This document shows, piece after piece, positions 27,933 through 37,969 of a stretch of DNA of 64,000 nucleotides. This stretch comes from an uncultured Planctomycetia bacterium (lineage in GTDB: Bacteria > Omnitrophota > Gorgyraeia > 1-14-0-20-64-10), in the NCBI GenBank assembly GCA_964597545.1, contig CAZQXN010000010.1:140-64139 (forward strand). Reading direction: 5' to 3'. The notes beneath the pieces are model-generated. The model was not told where the DNA came from. It did no database searches and was given only the letters and a program-made list of their open reading frames with translations. The position numbers and the translations under genes were made by a program. Position 1 is the stretch's first letter; each line of letters starts with the position of its first letter.

Positions 27933-28500
27933 TCTCGTCTGTACGCTCAGGAAGATGCTCCTTCACATCCCGGTGAACGATCTTTGCCACATGCACGCGA
28001 ACGGCAACCGGCTCCTCAATGCCGGAGAGCATCTCCTGAATTCGGGTCTTAACGACCCCCTGGATCTTCTCGGTCACTTCCGGGATGTGGGCCTCTGACC
28101 AAAGGGTGGCGCGAGCGCGCACCGTGATCTTTCCCTTGCGGGCAACCACATCAGAGCGCAGTTCCTTGACTGCCGGAATTTCTCTTGCCGCCTTGTGGAT
28201 GAAATCCTCGATCGCAGTCAGGGAAACCGTCACCTGCCCGTCCGGGTTGTCAAAGGCGATGGTTTTTTGGCGCTGGGCCTTCGCCAGGGTGAGCTCCGCG
28301 AACATCCAGTTAAGCAAGATCAGCCCCACACCCGTGAGGAACAAGGCAAGCCGGAGATTCTTCTCCTGGTATGCCTCCTCAATCCAGAGGACCGTCCCGT
28401 CCAGGGGGATCCACTGCAAAGAAAAGGCCACCAGCCCCACGCCCATCAGAATGAACAGGACGATGTAACAGGTCATGATAATCCATGTAAACAGCTTCAT
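27904..28500 (-). CDS. AmaP-like membrane anchor protein (Asp23 partner)
   Basis: TM helices FTWIIMTCYIVLFILMGVGLVAF; start set at internal Met right after Asp23 stop. Confidence 0.5.
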   Translation of the reverse strand: MKLFTWIIMTCYIVLFILMGVGLVAFSLQWIPLDGTVLWIEEAYQEKNLRLALFLTGVGLILLNWMFAELTLAKAQRQKTIAFDNPDGQVTVSLTAIEDFIHKAAREIPAVKELRSDVVARKGKITVRARATLWSEAHIPEVTEKIQGVVKTRIQEMLSGIEEPVAVRVHVAKIVHRDVKEHLPERTDENVSGPFRGF

Positions 28501-28505
28501 CCGAG

Positions 28506-28841
28506 TCAGCTCCGTTTCGGTTTGATGTGATGAATGGAAACGTGAACCTCGCCTGCGGAAAGGTGGGTCATCTTCTCTATCATTTCTCGCACGCGATCCT
28601 GCACCTGGGTCGCCACCTCTGGAAGGGCCACCCCATATTCCACCACTAAGTTGAGCCACAGGCGAACATCTTGGTCCTCGGCCTCGACCCGCACACCCGA
28701 ATTCCCCGGCAAGAAGCCCCAGGGAGGACCCCCCCGCCAGATGCCCACCACCCCTTCAACCTCCTGGGCGGCTTGAGCGGCAATCGCTCCAATGACTTCA
28801 TTGTGAATCTGAACAGAACCTAAATCAGTTCTTCGTGCCAT
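28506..28841 (-). CDS. Asp23/Gls24 family envelope stress protein
   Basis: VQIHNEVIGAIAAQAAQEVEGVVGI Asp23 family N-terminus; start at internal Met adjacent to accC stop. Confidence 0.75.
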   Translation of the reverse strand: MARRTDLGSVQIHNEVIGAIAAQAAQEVEGVVGIWRGGPPWGFLPGNSGVRVEAEDQDVRLWLNLVVEYGVALPEVATQVQDRVREMIEKMTHLSAGEVHVSIHHIKPKRS

Positions 28842-28842
28842 C

Positions 28843-30216
28843 TTATGCCCCGACCAGTTCTCCGGCCGACTTCGAAGCGCTGGACAGACGCTCAACGAAA
28901 TCGGTAGAGTAGTTGCCTGCTACAAAGTTACGATCCTCCAACACCCTGCGATGAAACGGGACGGTTGTGCGCATGGGCTCAACGGTCATCTCATCGAGAG
29001 CTCTCAACATGGTTCGAATGGCCTCTTGTCGATTCTTGCCGTGCACGATGATCTTCCCCAGCAAAGAATCATAGTGGGGTGGGATGCGATAGCCGGTGAA
29101 CAGGTGCGAGTCTACCCGCACATTGGGCCCTCCAGGCGGATGGTACAGGGAGACCATGCCCGGACAAGGCAGGAAATCCTGATCCGGATCCTCGGCATTG
29201 ACGCGGCACTCAATGGCATGACCGGACCAGCGGATCTCCTCCTGGGAGAATGAGAGCTTCTCCCCTGCCGCCACCCGAATCTGCTCTTTGATGAGATCGC
29301 GGCCCGTCACCATCTCGGTCACCGGATGCTCCACCTGGATGCGGGTATTCATCTCCATGAAGTAAAAGGATCCCTTAGCATCCAAGAGGAACTCCATCGT
29401 CCCCAAGGAGTTGTAGTTGACCGCCTTCGCCCCTTTGATGGCCGCCTCTCCCATGCGTTTGCGGAGTTTCGAATCGACCGCCGGCGAAGGAGATTCCTCA
29501 ATCAGCTTCTGGTGCCGCCGCTGGATGGAGCAGTCCCGCTCCCCGAGGCTGACGATGTGACCGCGAGAATCGGCGGCAATCTGAATCTCAACATGGCGTG
29601 GGCGCTCAACAAACTTCTCAATGTAAACTTCTGAGTTGCCAAAGGCAGCCTCTGCCTCGGCCTGGGCCATCATGAGGGCTGAGATCAACCGCACATCATT
29701 GTGGGCAGTCCGCATCCCCTTGCCCCCGCCCCCGGCGGCCGCCTTGATCATGACCGGATACTGAATCTTCTTGGCAATCTTGAGGGCCTCCTCTTTTCCG
29801 GAGACCGCCGCCAAAGATCCCGGAACCACCGGAACGCCGGCCTTGGTCATGATCTCCTTGGCCTGCCGCTTATCCCCCATGAGCCGGATGGACTCGGGGT
29901 CCGGCCCAATAAAGGTGATCTTGCAGGATTCGCAGATCTCAGCGAAGTGGGCGTTCTCGGCCAAGAAACCATACCCGGGATGAATGGCCTCTACATCGGC
30001 AATCTCCGCCGCGCTGATGATGGCGGGGATATTGAGGTAGCTGGCGGCGCTGGTGGCCCCCCCAATGCAGATGGACTCATCGGCCATGCGCACATGGAGG
30101 GACTCGGCATCCGCTTCGGAATAGACCGCTACCGTTCGGATCCTCATCTCCTTGCAAGCCCGGATGATCCGTGTGGCGATCTCGCCTCGGTTGGCAATCA
30201 GGATTTTTGAGAACAT
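28843..30216 (-). CDS. accC: acetyl-CoA carboxylase biotin carboxylase subunit
   Basis: [20 protein letters not shown] canonical start, ATP-grasp motifs, C-terminal biotin carboxylase domain. Confidence 0.92.
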   Translation of the reverse strand: MFSKILIANRGEIATRIIRACKEMRIRTVAVYSEADAESLHVRMADESICIGGATSAASYLNIPAIISAAEIADVEAIHPGYGFLAENAHFAEICESCKITFIGPDPESIRLMGDKRQAKEIMTKAGVPVVPGSLAAVSGKEEALKIAKKIQYPVMIKAAAGGGGKGMRTAHNDVRLISALMMAQAEAEAAFGNSEVYIEKFVERPRHVEIQIAADSRGHIVSLGERDCSIQRRHQKLIEESPSPAVDSKLRKRMGEAAIKGAKAVNYNSLGTMEFLLDAKGSFYFMEMNTRIQVEHPVTEMVTGRDLIKEQIRVAAGEKLSFSQEEIRWSGHAIECRVNAEDPDQDFLPCPGMVSLYHPPGGPNVRVDSHLFTGYRIPPHYDSLLGKIIVHGKNRQEAIRTMLRALDEMTVEPMRTTVPFHRRVLEDRNFVAGNYSTDFVERLSSASKSAGELVGA

Positions 30217-30333
30217 ATTCAGGTGTCCGTCATTCCCCTGGAAGGGGGAATCAAACGCTGTCCTCGACTTGATCGAGGATCCTCGCCCCTCGGTCGAGGC
30301 CGAGGGCAAGCTTCGCGAGGAGACTTAAGGAAT

Positions 30334-30777
30334 TCACGTTGTTTCTACAACGAAGAGGGTCTGACCAAACTCGACCGGCTGAGCATTCTCAACCGAGATC
30401 TTAATCAGCTTGCCCCTGACCTCGGATTTGATCTCGTTCATCAGCTTCATCGCCTCAACGATACATAGGACCTGCCCCACCTCGATGGTCTGACCCGCCT
30501 CTACAAAAGGCGGTGCCTCAGGGGCGGGCGCTCGGTAGAAGGTCCCCACCATGGGAGATTTGATCTCTGTGCCTGCCGGCACCTCGGGTGCGGCGGGAGC
30601 GGCATCGGCAGCAGGTGCCCCAGCGGAGGGAGCAGGAACCCGCTCCACCACAACGCCGGCAGGACCCGAGCCCTCCTTGCGAAGGCGGATCTTCATCCCT
30701 TCGCGCTCCAGCTCGATCTCACCCAACCCATGTTCGTCCATGAGTGCGATCAGTTCTTTCACTTCTTTTAGATTCAC
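30334..30777 (-). CDS. accB: biotin carboxyl carrier protein
   Basis: Biotinyl-lysine motif IVEAMKLMNEI; Ala/Pro-rich linker. Confidence 0.9.
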   Translation of the reverse strand: MNLKEVKELIALMDEHGLGEIELEREGMKIRLRKEGSGPAGVVVERVPAPSAGAPAADAAPAAPEVPAGTEIKSPMVGTFYRAPAPEAPPFVEAGQTIEVGQVLCIVEAMKLMNEIKSEVRGKLIKISVENAQPVEFGQTLFVVETT

Positions 30778-30796
30778 TTGAGACCTCGTTTGACTG

Positions 30797-31357
30797 TTAA
30801 GCCCGGCCGACGTACTCGCCGGTTCGAGTATCCACCTTGACCTGCCCGCCGGATTCGACGAACAGCGGTACTTGAATTCTATATCCGGTCTCCAGGGTCG
30901 CCGGCTTCATTGCCGCCTTGGAGGTATCCCCCCTCAACCCCGGGTCCGACTGGGTTACCTTAAGGATCACGGTGGTCGGCAATTCCAAGCCCACCAGTCG
31001 TCCCTCGTAAAACTCGCCCTTGACCTCCAAACTCTCGGTGAGGTAATGAACAGCATCTCCCAGCTCATCGGCAGTCAGAGCCAACTGGTCGTAGCTGTTG
31101 ACATCCATAAAGTGAAAGGTGTCGCCGCCCTGGTAGAGATACTGGATCTTGCGCTTCTCAATAAAGGCTTCTTGGAACTTCTCCCCGGCATCAAAGGTGC
31201 GGCTGACCACGTTGCCGGTCTTGATGTTCCTGAGCTTCGTGCGCACGAAAGCCGCGCCCTTGCCCGGCTTAACATGCTGATACTCTACGATGAGCTGCAG
31301 CACGCCATCCAAAAGGATGGCCATGCCGGTTTTAAATTGGTTGGTGGAGATGGTCAT
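30797..31357 (-). CDS. efp: elongation factor P
   Basis: VKPGKGAAFVRTKLRNIKTGN with conserved modified Lys loop. Confidence 0.92.
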   Translation of the reverse strand: MTISTNQFKTGMAILLDGVLQLIVEYQHVKPGKGAAFVRTKLRNIKTGNVVSRTFDAGEKFQEAFIEKRKIQYLYQGGDTFHFMDVNSYDQLALTADELGDAVHYLTESLEVKGEFYEGRLVGLELPTTVILKVTQSDPGLRGDTSKAAMKPATLETGYRIQVPLFVESGGQVKVDTRTGEYVGRA

Positions 31358-31372
31358 TGAACCCCGCGTATT

Positions 31373-31825
31373 CTAGCGTCTGGCCCTTCTCGCCGTCAAC
31401 AGACCTGCCAATGCCCTCAGCCCCAGGCTATAGCTCTCGGCCCCGAAACCGCTGACCTGGCCGTCAACCACCGGTGCCATCAGCGAGGTGTGGCGAAAGG
31501 ATTCTCTCCGGTAAATGTTGCTCAGATGCACCTCTACCGATGGCAGGCGCACCGCTTCGAGCGCATCGCGAATCGCCACCGAGGTATGCGTATAGGCAGC
31601 CGGATTGATCAGGATGCCGTGATATTTACCGCGCGCATCACCGATTGATTCTACGATCTCCCCCTCGTGGTTAAACTGATGAATCTCAAGTGAGACTTTA
31701 AGCTTCTCGCCCAAGGTCTTCAACCGCTCATTGATGGTCGCGAGCGCAACCTTCCCGTAAACAGAAGGGTTACGCTCTCCTAAGAGCTGCAGGTTGGGGC
31801 CGTGGATCACCAACACACGTTTCAT
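31373..31825 (-). CDS. aroQ: type II 3-dehydroquinate dehydratase
   Basis: [24 protein letters not shown] canonical N-terminus; ATGA overlap with Trm112-like gene. Confidence 0.88.
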   Translation of the reverse strand: MKRVLVIHGPNLQLLGERNPSVYGKVALATINERLKTLGEKLKVSLEIHQFNHEGEIVESIGDARGKYHGILINPAAYTHTSVAIRDALEAVRLPSVEVHLSNIYRRESFRHTSLMAPVVDGQVSGFGAESYSLGLRALAGLLTARRARR

Positions 31826-31986
31826 GGTTTCTCTGCCTCTTCCACCAACATCACCGGAATGTCGTCCCGAATGGGAAAGCGCAAACCGCATTCGGGGTTG
31901 GTGCAGATCACCCGTTCCTCTTTCAATGTGACTGAGGCTTTACAGGCCGGACAGGCCAACACCTCAAGCAGGGCTTCATCGATCAT
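31822..31986 (-). CDS. Trm112-family zinc-ribbon small protein (UPF0434)
   Basis: Manual translation [54 protein letters not shown]; 54 aa so below ORF-track cutoff. Confidence 0.7.
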   Translation of the reverse strand: MIDEALLEVLACPACKASVTLKEERVICTNPECGLRFPIRDDIPVMLVEEAEKP

Positions 31987-31989
31987 GGC

Positions 31990-33057
31990 TCACTCCGCCT
32001 CCTTGACGGCTTTGGCGTCTTCCTGGAGAAGCTTTTCCGCCGGAAGGCCCGACGGAGGTGCTTCGATTGCCACCAGGCGATCCTGGAACCTCTCCAGATG
32101 ACGCTCTGCCTTTCCAAAATTATCGGCTGCGTAACGCAGCTGCTTACCTGCCTTGTCAAAATCCTCCCGCACGCCGGAAAGCTCCTGCTGCAGGCGGATA
32201 AGTCCCGAAAGAATATCCTTGGCGCGCTCGGCTACCGTCAGCCCCCGCAGGCCCAGCAGGATCACTTGGAGATAGGCATAGAAGCTGTTGGGGGAGACCG
32301 GGATCACCTGGCGTTTGACCGCGTGCTGGAAAACCCCCTTCTCATCACTGACCCCATCCCCTTTAATGACCGCTTCATAGTAGACGTTTTCGGCCGGAAT
32401 GTACATAAGTGCGAAATCAAATGTCCCCTCGGAGGGACGAATATATTTCTGGGCAATGGCATCGATGTGTTGCTTCACATCGGCCAGCAACCCTTTGCGC
32501 CACTGCGCCTGCTCTGCTTCGGTGGCGGCCTCCCCCATGCGACGAAACTGCTCAAGGGGGAATTTGGCATCGATGGGAACGATCCTCTCCTGCAGGCGAA
32601 TGATGGCGTCCACCCGTTCCCCGCCGGAGAATTCATACTGAAGGGCATAGAAATCACTGGGCAGAATCTGCGCCAAGAGATCCGCCAAGAAGAACTCCCC
32701 AAAACCTCCCCGCATCTTGGGGGCTCTGAGCAGCTCTTGGAGCGAGGAGACGTTGCGCCCCACCGATTCTACCTGATCGGTCGCCTCCTTGAGGGAGCCC
32801 AACTGCTCTTTGATGTCCGCAAAGGTTCGCTGGGTTTCTTCCAGCTTCTGGCTGACCGACTGGTCGGTGGTCTGTACCTGCATCTGGATCTGTCTCCAAA
32901 CCTTCTCCAGTTCTTCGGCCAGCCGCTTAGACCACTCCTCTTTGAGGACGCCCAGCTTGGCATCGGTCTGCTGTTGCGAGCCCTGCTGCCTGAGCAAAAA
33001 GAGCACCGCCACAAAGAGCATCAGCGCGAGCGCCCCGAAGAGAAGGGCCCAGCTCAT
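31990..33057 (-). CDS. rmuC: DNA recombination protein RmuC
   Basis: N-terminal TM, long coiled-coil, C-terminal FDFALMYIPAENVYYEAV RmuC nuclease-like domain. Confidence 0.85.
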   Translation of the reverse strand: MSWALLFGALALMLFVAVLFLLRQQGSQQQTDAKLGVLKEEWSKRLAEELEKVWRQIQMQVQTTDQSVSQKLEETQRTFADIKEQLGSLKEATDQVESVGRNVSSLQELLRAPKMRGGFGEFFLADLLAQILPSDFYALQYEFSGGERVDAIIRLQERIVPIDAKFPLEQFRRMGEAATEAEQAQWRKGLLADVKQHIDAIAQKYIRPSEGTFDFALMYIPAENVYYEAVIKGDGVSDEKGVFQHAVKRQVIPVSPNSFYAYLQVILLGLRGLTVAERAKDILSGLIRLQQELSGVREDFDKAGKQLRYAADNFGKAERHLERFQDRLVAIEAPPSGLPAEKLLQEDAKAVKEAE

Positions 33058-33425
33058 TGAGACGCCTCTTTTGTCTTGGCAACGTATTTCATGCGCAGCT
33101 CATAGAGCAGTCCTTCCAATGCTTGGGCCTCCTCGCCTGTGAGGTTCCCCTTGGTCTTTTCCTGCAGCAGTCCCAAAAGATCTATCAGGTAGCGGGCCTG
33201 ATCCAAATTGGCCTCAGGCTGATTTGTGGCGGGATTGGGTATCTCTCCCAACGCCACCAAGGCCTGCATGGAGAGGGTGGAGAGAAAGAATCCGAAATCA
33301 ACCTGCGGCATTTCTTGGCGCACAGATTCGGGTTGGGGTGAAGCAGGCTCCGTCGGCGGCTTCGGTCCACCGCCGCGCTCCTTGGCCACCTCATCCTTCC
33401 AGCTCTCATCTACTCTTTTGTCCAT
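33054..33425 (-). CDS. DUF1844 family protein
   Basis: VDFGFFLSTLSMQALVALGEIPNP...DLLGLLQEKTKGNLTGEEAQALEGLLYELRMKYV matches DUF1844 pattern. Confidence 0.55.
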   Translation of the reverse strand: MDKRVDESWKDEVAKERGGGPKPPTEPASPQPESVRQEMPQVDFGFFLSTLSMQALVALGEIPNPATNQPEANLDQARYLIDLLGLLQEKTKGNLTGEEAQALEGLLYELRMKYVAKTKEASQ

Positions 33426-33437
33426 CTTAACCCCTCA

Positions 33438-33547
33438 ATCCTTGGTACCAATCCTTGGTACCGGGTACACTTGTCAACAAATCCTTGGTACCGGGTACAC
33501 TTGTTGACAAGTGTACCCGGTACCATTGTACCCTTGTACCCGGTACC
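33438..33547. repeat. cluster of GGTACC-rich repeats: 30-bp direct repeat x2 (33451..33480, 33481..33510) and 38-bp near-perfect palindrome GGTACCGGGTACACTTGTTGACAAGTGTACCCGGTACC (33487..33524)
   Basis: Seen directly; motif (A/T)GTGTACCCGGTACC recurs at 37262..37303. Confidence 0.85.
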
Positions 33548-33551
33548 AACG

Positions 33552-34337
33552 CTATTTGATCACAATCCCGGCATAGCCAACCACTGCCCCTGCCTCGCCA
33601 GTTGCCTCGGCGCTCGTCCGATAAGCCGTCAGGTGCCCCTGAGAGGCTCCCAGATGACGTGCAGCGCTTAAGCCCACCGCAGCAGCCACTGTGCCACACA
33701 TGGAGGCCTTTGTTTCGGAGGCTGCCTCCAGCAGCCCCGGTCCATCCAGGGCAAGGAGGTGCTCCATCAGGCGTTCATCCTGGGCGCGTACCCGCTCATC
33801 AGGTTCATAGCGAGACAGATCAGTGGAGATCAACACCATCGCATCCCCGCCTGCGGCTTGAATCGCTTGAGCAATGGCAAGCCCCATGCGCTGCGCCTGC
33901 GCCGAATCGGCCTCACCCAACGCCAAGGGCACAATCCGTATTCCCTTCTGGACGCGCTGGAGAAAGGGGAGCAGCACCTCTACCGCGTGCTCCTCTGTGT
34001 GCGCCTGGGCATCTGACGAAAATTCCGGCGAAGCCCCCAGGATCGCCTGGGCCAGCTCTTGATCGATAAAAACGTTCCCTAGGGGGGTTGCCCAGTCACC
34101 CTTCGCTGCAACGCTGAAGCGCTCGCCAGGACCAGAATGGTTGGGTCCCAAGATCACTGCCCGTGAAGGCCACCGGATTTGGCTGAACACCCGGCCTAGA
34201 ATCTCGCCGGAAACAGTGTCTCCCCCGTGCGGGACCACGGCCGCGACGGCCTGCTCCGCCTTGTCATTGCGCTTGATGAATTGATCGACCCAATCGATCA
34301 GGGGCCGATTCTCTGCCGGATAAAAGATCCCGGCCAC
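33552..34337 (-). CDS. MEMO1-family protein (AmmeMemoRadiSam system protein B-like)
   Basis: MAGIFYPAE N-terminus, VVPHGGDTVSG (cf. VPHAGYxYSG), C-terminal VVGYAG. Confidence 0.7.
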   Translation of the reverse strand: MAGIFYPAENRPLIDWVDQFIKRNDKAEQAVAAVVPHGGDTVSGEILGRVFSQIRWPSRAVILGPNHSGPGERFSVAAKGDWATPLGNVFIDQELAQAILGASPEFSSDAQAHTEEHAVEVLLPFLQRVQKGIRIVPLALGEADSAQAQRMGLAIAQAIQAAGGDAMVLISTDLSRYEPDERVRAQDERLMEHLLALDGPGLLEAASETKASMCGTVAAAVGLSAARHLGASQGHLTAYRTSAEATGEAGAVVGYAGIVIK

Positions 34338-34392
34338 TGCAGGTTCCCGCAGCTTACTGCGTTGAGCGGGCTTCTTACTTGCGCGACCTTCC

Positions 34393-36936
34393 CTAGCGCT
34401 CGGCAGCGGCTGCAGCCTCCTCTTTGGCCAGACCGATCACAATGGCACAGCGCTTGGGGTCCAAAATCTCTTGGGCAAGCTTTTGAATGTCGGCAGCGTC
34501 AACTTGGGCCAGCCGCGCTTCATACCGCTTCTCGTAATCAAACCCCAAGCCATAAAGCTCATCGAGGCTCAGCTGTGAGGCAACCGCTCCTTGGGACTGC
34601 CGGCCGATCCGCCGAGCGCCCAAGAGTCCCTCCTTAGCAATCTCCAACTCCTCTTTTGGAACCGGAGTGGTACCCAGGGTGCGCATTTCGTCTAAAAGGG
34701 CCGTCTGAACAGACTCTAGATGGGCTGGATCCACCACAGCATACAAAATAAAAGAACCGGGATCGACGCCGTGGATCAAAATCGTCCCCACCGTATAGGC
34801 CAGTCCACGCTTCTCCCTGACCTCGGTAAAGAGCCGCCCTGCAGCACCGGAGAGGACGGTGTCAATCAAGTCCATCGCCGGTGCCTGGTCATCCCCCACA
34901 CGAAGCCCGTGAAATCCAACCATCACCAGCCCCTCTGCCCGGGGGGTAATCTCCTGGCGCTGCCGCCGGTGCTCCAGTGCCAACTCTTCAGGCAAATCCA
35001 ACACCTTCTTGCTCCGGGGCGGTATGACACCCAGCGCACCCTCTAAAAGCTCCATGACCTCGTCTGCTTCAAAATCCCCAACCACAGTCACCACGATGGA
35101 GCTGGGATTGAGTACCGCCTGATGAAACTGCATCAGATGCACCGGCTGCAGCCCCACCAAGGCATCGGCATTGCCTGACGGATCCAGGCGGTAAGGATGC
35201 GCTGTAAAGAGCAGCTCCTGCACCCGACGGATCCCCCAGGAGAAAGGATTCTCTTCTTTGGCCTTTAATGCCGCAAGGCTCAGGCACCGCTCCTTTTCCA
35301 ACTCCTCCTTAGGAAAGGTGGACTCTCTCAACAGCTCCCCAAGAAGCTCAAGGGCCTCAGGCATCGCCTCCTGCATGACCTCAAGGCTTACGCCTAAGGT
35401 GTTTCGCCCAGAGAAGGGATAGACCCCTGCCCCCATCTGTTTGACAGCCTGGGTAATCTCCTCTGCGGTCCTGTTCCGGGTTCCCCGAAGGAGCATCCGA
35501 GCTGTGAGGGCTGAGATTCCGTTGGTCTGGTCGGTCTCGTATCGAATGCCCCCCAGCATGGCAACGTTAACGGTGACCAAGGGCAAACGATGCTCAGGGC
35601 GCAGGAGCACCCGAATCCCATTGGAAAGCTGGCGCTTTTCTGCCTCATGCTCAACTGTCTTCTGGTTGTTTTGCGCCGAGAGGGGCTTCGAGGTCCCCTT
35701 GGGATAAAACTTCACTGTTGTGGCGCGTTCAGGTTTCAAATAGCGCTTCGCCATCTCACGCAAATCCTTGAGGCTCACCCCCTCAACACCCTTGAGATAC
35801 CGGGTAGCAAAGGTGGGGTCTCCAACGAGAGCTTCATACAGGGCCAAATCCCCTGCCTGCCCGCTTACGGTTTGCCGGTCCGCAAGGTACTCACGGAGCA
35901 GCACCCGCTTGGCGGCCCGAACCTCATCCCGATCAAACAGCTGGATCTGGGCCTTGGCCAGCTCCCCAAAAGCAGCATCAACCGCCTCAGGGATGCGTTC
36001 GGGATCCATCCGCATGGTAATGATGAATTGCCCTGGATCTTTGGGGGTGTAATTCCAGGTGCTCACTGAATGCACAATGCCGGTCTCTTTAAGGGCTTGA
36101 TCCAACGTAGAGCCTCTGCCTGCTCCCAACACCCAAGCCAGCAGATCTAAAGCATACAGATCCGGATGATCTACCGCCACTCCTGGAAAACCGATCGTCA
36201 CCACCCCCAACTGCGCCTCAACTTCACGGGTAACCTCACGCGCTGAAACCGGAAGGGGCTCTGTGGGCAACGCAGCCGCAACCGCACGACCCCGAGGAAT
36301 ATCAGCGGTCAAATCCGTAAAACGCTTGATCACCGCCTCAGTCTCAATGTCCCCCGCCACAGCAATCACCATGGCATTGGGCTGGTACCGGCTTCTGTGA
36401 TACACCTTGACGTCCTCGGCAGTCAGCCCCTGCATGAGTGCTACATGCCCGATGATCGGATATCGGTACGGGTGCAGTCGGTACGACTCAGCAAATAGGG
36501 TCTCAAAGGCCTTGCGCATCGGATCATCCTCACGCAGCTTGAGCTCACGCAGGACCACATCCCGCTCCTTGGCAAATTCCTTAGGATCGATGCTTGAGAA
36601 AAAGAGGGCGTCTATCCAAAGATCAGCCGCCTCAAACCAATGTTCTTGGTTGACGATAGCATTGTAGGAGGTGGTGTCAAAGGTGGTGCTTCCATGGGTC
36701 GAGCCTCCGTAGGAGCGGAATTTGCGCTCCATCACCCCCGGAGGATGGCGCTCGGAGCCCTTGAAGAGCATGTGCTCGAGCACGTGGGAGACGCCGGTGC
36801 CGAGGTATTCTCTTTCGGTGGCAGAACCGGTTTTGACCACCGCATGGAAAGCAACCAGAGGATGGGCGTGGTCCTCCTGAACCAGGAGGGTAAGCCCGTT
36901 GGGCAGAACCTGACGGGTAATCTCTGGGGGTGTCAC
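34393..36936 (-). CDS. M16 family (pitrilysin-like) zinc peptidase, tandem M16 modules
   Basis: HVLEHMLFKGS inverted zinc-binding HxxEH motif; 847 aa with duplicated peptidase-M16 architecture. Confidence 0.85.
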   Translation of the reverse strand: MTPPEITRQVLPNGLTLLVQEDHAHPLVAFHAVVKTGSATEREYLGTGVSHVLEHMLFKGSERHPPGVMERKFRSYGGSTHGSTTFDTTSYNAIVNQEHWFEAADLWIDALFFSSIDPKEFAKERDVVLRELKLREDDPMRKAFETLFAESYRLHPYRYPIIGHVALMQGLTAEDVKVYHRSRYQPNAMVIAVAGDIETEAVIKRFTDLTADIPRGRAVAAALPTEPLPVSAREVTREVEAQLGVVTIGFPGVAVDHPDLYALDLLAWVLGAGRGSTLDQALKETGIVHSVSTWNYTPKDPGQFIITMRMDPERIPEAVDAAFGELAKAQIQLFDRDEVRAAKRVLLREYLADRQTVSGQAGDLALYEALVGDPTFATRYLKGVEGVSLKDLREMAKRYLKPERATTVKFYPKGTSKPLSAQNNQKTVEHEAEKRQLSNGIRVLLRPEHRLPLVTVNVAMLGGIRYETDQTNGISALTARMLLRGTRNRTAEEITQAVKQMGAGVYPFSGRNTLGVSLEVMQEAMPEALELLGELLRESTFPKEELEKERCLSLAALKAKEENPFSWGIRRVQELLFTAHPYRLDPSGNADALVGLQPVHLMQFHQAVLNPSSIVVTVVGDFEADEVMELLEGALGVIPPRSKKVLDLPEELALEHRRQRQEITPRAEGLVMVGFHGLRVGDDQAPAMDLIDTVLSGAAGRLFTEVREKRGLAYTVGTILIHGVDPGSFILYAVVDPAHLESVQTALLDEMRTLGTTPVPKEELEIAKEGLLGARRIGRQSQGAVASQLSLDELYGLGFDYEKRYEARLAQVDAADIQKLAQEILDPKRCAIVIGLAKEEAAAAAER

Positions 36937-37025
36937 CCGATCCAGCGGCCGCCCCCCGAGATGGGGAGCTGCCCCAGAAATCGCCAGACTACTGCAACCG
37001 GTGAGTAAAAGGAAAAGTAGTGGGA

Positions 37026-37196
37026 CTAAGATCGTTTGCGGCTTTCTCTCAGTTTTCGCCGCCGGACCACAGAGGGTTTCTCGTAATGCTTGCGTGCCCG
37101 GACGACTTTCAATATCCCTTCACGCTCGACTTTCTTTTTCAGTCGCTTGAGGGCTCGCTCTAGAGGCTCATTGTCTCGCACTTCAACTACTGGCAT
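37026..37196 (-). CDS. rpsU: 30S ribosomal protein S21
   Basis: Manual translation MPVVEVRDNEPLERALKRLKKKVEREGILKVVRARKHYEKPSVVRRRKLRESRKRS; 56 aa so absent from ORF track. Confidence 0.85.
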   Translation of the reverse strand: MPVVEVRDNEPLERALKRLKKKVEREGILKVVRARKHYEKPSVVRRRKLRESRKRS

Positions 37197-37261
37197 AAAT
37201 GTCGTAACTCCTTGTAAGAGTAATAGGATACCTTAACCCGAAGCCACCGTCAAGCTGTACC

Positions 37262-37303
37262 CGGTACCGTTGTTGATAAGTGTACCCGGTACCGGGGTTG
37301 AGA
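37262..37303. repeat. two direct copies of GTGTACCCGGTACCG separated by 9 nt, upstream of rpsU
   Basis: TGTACCCGGTACCGTTGTTGATAAGTGTACCCGGTACCGGGG seen directly; same motif as 33438..33547 cluster. Confidence 0.8.
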
Positions 37304-37305
37304 GG

Positions 37306-37968
37306 TTAATCCAGGCGGTATTTGACCAGGAAATCGTAGGAGGTCTTGCCCTGCTTCATCAACTTCGAAAAAGCAGGGTAAGGGGCGGCCGAGCGCATAC
37401 CGGCCAGTGCGGCTTTTCGCAGACGGGGATCAGAGGCCTTAATCACCTTGGCTGAGCGTAACTTCCCCTTGGGATCCAACACCACCTGCAGCCGGACTGT
37501 CCCCTGCACCCAGAAGGCTGGATAGCGCAAGTGGGCCCTGAGGTGCTCTCGAACCTGCTCCTTGTGCTCAAAAGCAGCAAGTTCTCCCTCTGGCAAGAAC
37601 CCTCCTGAGGCTGGGGCATGGCCCGCTGTAGGAGGCAATACCGGCTCTTCGGAGACTTCGGCCTTGCGCTTCTTTGAAGCGGCAACCTGTCTCTTCTCTC
37701 TGGGGGGCTTAACAACTGGCTTGGGGGCTGCAGCTTGCTTGGGTACAGCTGGTTTTTGAGAAACGGCGGTGCCTCGACCCTGCTTGGGAGGAGCAGGCTT
37801 TACCCTGCCAGGGGAGAAATTGGCTTGAAGGCTGTTTCCGGCGGGAATGTAGGAAATCTCAATGGCTTGGAGTGTTCCCCGCTGCGGGACCATTCCCTCG
37901 GGAGGGCGAAAAGAGAGAAATCCCAAATGAATGATCAGCGAACAGAAAGCTGCGGCCTTGAGATTCAC
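37306..37968 (-). CDS. TonB family protein
   Basis: N-terminal TM, Pro/Lys-rich spacer PAPPKQGRG...PKQAAAPKPVVKPP, C-terminal TonB-C-like domain. Confidence 0.65.
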   Translation of the reverse strand: MNLKAAAFCSLIIHLGFLSFRPPEGMVPQRGTLQAIEISYIPAGNSLQANFSPGRVKPAPPKQGRGTAVSQKPAVPKQAAAPKPVVKPPREKRQVAASKKRKAEVSEEPVLPPTAGHAPASGGFLPEGELAAFEHKEQVREHLRAHLRYPAFWVQGTVRLQVVLDPKGKLRSAKVIKASDPRLRKAALAGMRSAAPYPAFSKLMKQGKTSYDFLVKYRLD

Positions 37969-37969
37969 C

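Noticed and set aside
33438-33547. CRISPR-like array suspected from clustered repeats
   Set aside because: The repeats are only 30 bp with 0-bp spacers and an inverted copy, so there are no regular unique spacers and no cas genes. It is a hairpin/direct-repeat cluster, not a CRISPR.
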